Assembly (NCBI RefSeq): GCF_963921235.1
Contig: NC_086097.1
Coordinates: 103,914,001-103,978,000 of the forward strand
Source of the DNA: Mobula hypostoma
Taxonomy: Eukaryota
Length of the DNA stretch: 64,000 nt
Direction of reading: 5' to 3'
The translations under genes and the position numbers were made by a program. Each line of letters begins with the position of its first letter. Position 1 is the first letter of the stretch. Under the pieces are notes generated by a model. That model worked only from the letters and a program-made list of their open reading frames with translations, was not told the DNA's origin and searched no databases. Of the stretch, positions 61,601 through 64,000 are shown piece by piece.

Positions 61601-63227
61601 GTTTAGATCTTATAATTGCTTTTTCCGTTCTATATGTCTGAAGCGTATTATATTGTAACTTCTTATTAATAAGTTGTCTTCGTATTTCTTCTGACATATA
61701 CCGTTGTGTCTCTTTTTCCAATTGATCTAGTTCTGCCATATATTCTTTCTTAATTTTAGATGTATAACTTATTATCTGTCCCCTAAGATATGCTTTCATC
61801 GCATATTCACCAGATACAAGAACAAACTCAGGAGAGCGAGATAGATTGAAGATGAAGATTGGGCTTAAGAATGGATTTGTTGGATTTTTGAAGCTGAATG
61901 AATGTATAAATATAGTATTAATTATATGAGGGGGGTAAGAAAGGTTAATACTGGAGGAAATTAGCTGGGAATAATAATACTAATTTTGTCTATATATATA
62001 TAACTTTTTTTGTTGCAGGGGAGCTGGAAGAAGCACTGATCGATTGCTACGTTAATCATGTGTGCAAGCGTGACTTTTGCTGCGACCCGTAAAATGGAGG
62101 GGGGTAGTGTTGTGTATCTTTTCATTCACAACATTAGTGGGGGGGTATTTTGTTTTTTCTTTTTTTTCTATCTTTTTTTTCTCTTTTTGCCTGGAAGGTT
62201 GGGGGTGGGGGGGGAACACATAGCATCATGGTGAAGTTTAAAGAGATTCCCCAAGGAACTATGAGAGTTGAGAAGATAAGTAATGTTTTAGATTGGAGTA
62301 ACTTTGTTAAGAATAATGACTAATTTATTGAATTTTTTGAGTTTTAATGTTAATGGGCTTAATGGACCAGTGAAAAGAAAAAGAATCTTAACATATATTA
62401 AAAAAATGAAGATAGATTTAGCTTTTTTACAGGAAACACACCTAACAGAAACAGAACATCAGAAACTAAAGAGAGATTGGGTGGGTAATGTTGTTGCGGC
62501 CTCATTTAATTCAAAAGCGAGGGGAGTAGCAATTTTGATCAATAAAACGTTACCAATTAGAATACAAAATGTAATAACTGATTCTGTGGGGAGATATGTG
62601 ATTATACATTGTCAACTTTTTTCCGAACTATGGACTTTTATGAATATTTATGCACCAAATGAAAATGATGCAAAATCCATACAAGAAACTTTTTTGAATT
62701 TGGCGGATGCACATGAAAAAATATTAATTGGAGGAGACTTTAATTTTTGCTTAGACCCAGTCTTAGATAGATCAACCAAGGCTGTTATAAAATCGAAGGT
62801 AGTAAATCTAACTTTATCATTGATGAAAGATTTAAATTTGATTGATATATGGAGAAGAATCAATCCTAAAGAAAGAGACTATTCGTTCTATTCCCATAGA
62901 CATAAAACTTACACAAGGATAGATTTTTTTCTATTATCAATGCATATTCAACATAGAGTGAAAAATATGGAATATAAAGCAAGAATATTATCAGATCATT
63001 CTCCTTTATTAATGACAATAATAATGGCTGATAAGGAAGAAATGGCTGATAAGGAAGAAGTGGCTTATAGATGGAGATTTAATTCAACATTATTAAAACA
63101 TCAAGATTTTTGTGATTTTATGAAAAAGCAGATTCAATTTTTTTTGGATACAAATTTTCATTCAGTGGAGGATAAATTTATATTATGGGATGCGATGAAA
63201 GCATATCTTAGGGGACAGATAATAAGT
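58670..63227 (-). mobile_element. L1 LINE with 5' inversion (minus-strand 3' body 58670-61804; plus-strand inverted segment 61805-63228)
   Basis: 14-bp TSD tggcttcttccatt (58656-58669, 63228-63241); poly-T at the left end; RT on minus strand, endonuclease on plus strand. Confidence 0.95.
58906..61804 (-). pseudogene. L1 ORF2 RT and C-terminal part
   Basis: KSPGEDGF, YRPISL, LDAEKAFD, TRQGCPLSP, LFADD; stop near 59943 and frameshift near 59350. Confidence 0.93.
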
Positions 63228-63228
63228 T
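62316..63228 (+). pseudogene. L1 ORF2 APE endonuclease (inverted segment)
   Basis: MTNLLNFLSFNVNGLN, LQETH, GGDFN, TRIDFF, SDH, WDAMKAYLRG. Confidence 0.93.
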
Positions 63229-63263
63229 GGCTTCTTCCATTGAGCCAATGTCTAATCTAATTT

Positions 63264-64000
63264 AGAACGTAGAACATAGAATAGTACAGCACAGTACAGG
63301 CCCGTTGACCCACAATGTTGTGCCAACCCTTAAGACCTGCTTCCCATATAACCCCCCACATTAAATTCCTCCATATACCTGTCTAGTAGTCTCTTAAATT
63401 TCACTAGCATATCTGCCTCCACCACTGACTCAGGCAGTGCATTCCACGCACCAACCACTCTGAGTAAAAAACCTTCCTCTAATATCCCCCTTGAACTTCC
63501 CACCCCTTACCTTAAAGCCATGTCCTCTTGTATTGAGCAGTGGTGCCCTGGGGAAGAGGCACTGGCTGTCCACTTTATCTATTCCTCTTAATATCTTGTA
63601 TACCTCTATCATGTCTCCTCTCATCCTGCTTCTCTCCAAAGAGTAAAGCCCTAGCTCTCTTAATCTTTGATCATAATGCATACTCTCTAAACCAGGCAGC
63701 TTCCTGGTAAATCTCCTCTATCTCCTTTCCAATGTTTCCACATCCTTCCTGTAGTGAGGCGACCAGAACTGGACACAGTACTCCAAGTGTGACCTAACCA
63801 GAGTTTCATTACCTCGCAACTCTTAAACTCTATCCCTCGACTTATGAAAGCTAACACCCCATAGGCTTTCTTAACTACCCTAGCTACCTGCAAGACAACT
63901 TTCAGGGATCTGTGGACATGTACCCCCAGATCCCTCTGCTCCTCCACACTACCAAGTATCCTGCCATTTACTTTGTACTCTGCCTTGGAGTTTGTCCTTC
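63264..64000 (-). mobile_element. CR1 3' part running off the window
   Basis: EEQRDLGVHVHRSLK...RGDMIEVYKILRG; (ttctatg)-like tail at 63264-63285. Confidence 0.88.

Noticed and set aside
1..64000. CRISPR array, operon or other prokaryotic system
   Set aside because: No regularly spaced repeats or gene-dense coding; content is vertebrate-type transposable elements.

Overview
This window is eukaryotic and almost entirely repeat-derived. The repeat families (CR1 LINEs with an SGNH-esterase ORF1, fish-type L1, Rex1/Babar, Penelope-like termini, Gypsy, BEL, hAT-Charlie) suggest a cartilaginous fish such as a ray; that assignment is inference. I found no host protein-coding gene, rRNA, true tRNA or CRISPR array, and most ORF-track entries are decayed TE fragments or antisense ORFs. 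Best-preserved elements: a Mag-like Gypsy provirus (4276-8680), a full-length L1 with a 13-bp TSD (18203-24046), a 5'-inverted L1 with a 14-bp TSD (58670-63227), an internally deleted hAT-Charlie with an 8-bp TSD (15237-17487), and a five-layer nested stack spanning about 12-30 kb. The most interesting signal is the Mag-like element: it has no tRNA primer-binding site but a 15-nt segment complementary to its own LTR (candidate self-priming), and its RT motif is YLDN. Also notable are a palindromic Penelope-derived insert with two back-to-back hammerhead-like cores and two candidate non-autonomous LINE-dependent elements. Family names come from recognising motifs by eye; no database search was run, and boundaries without a TSD are approximate.
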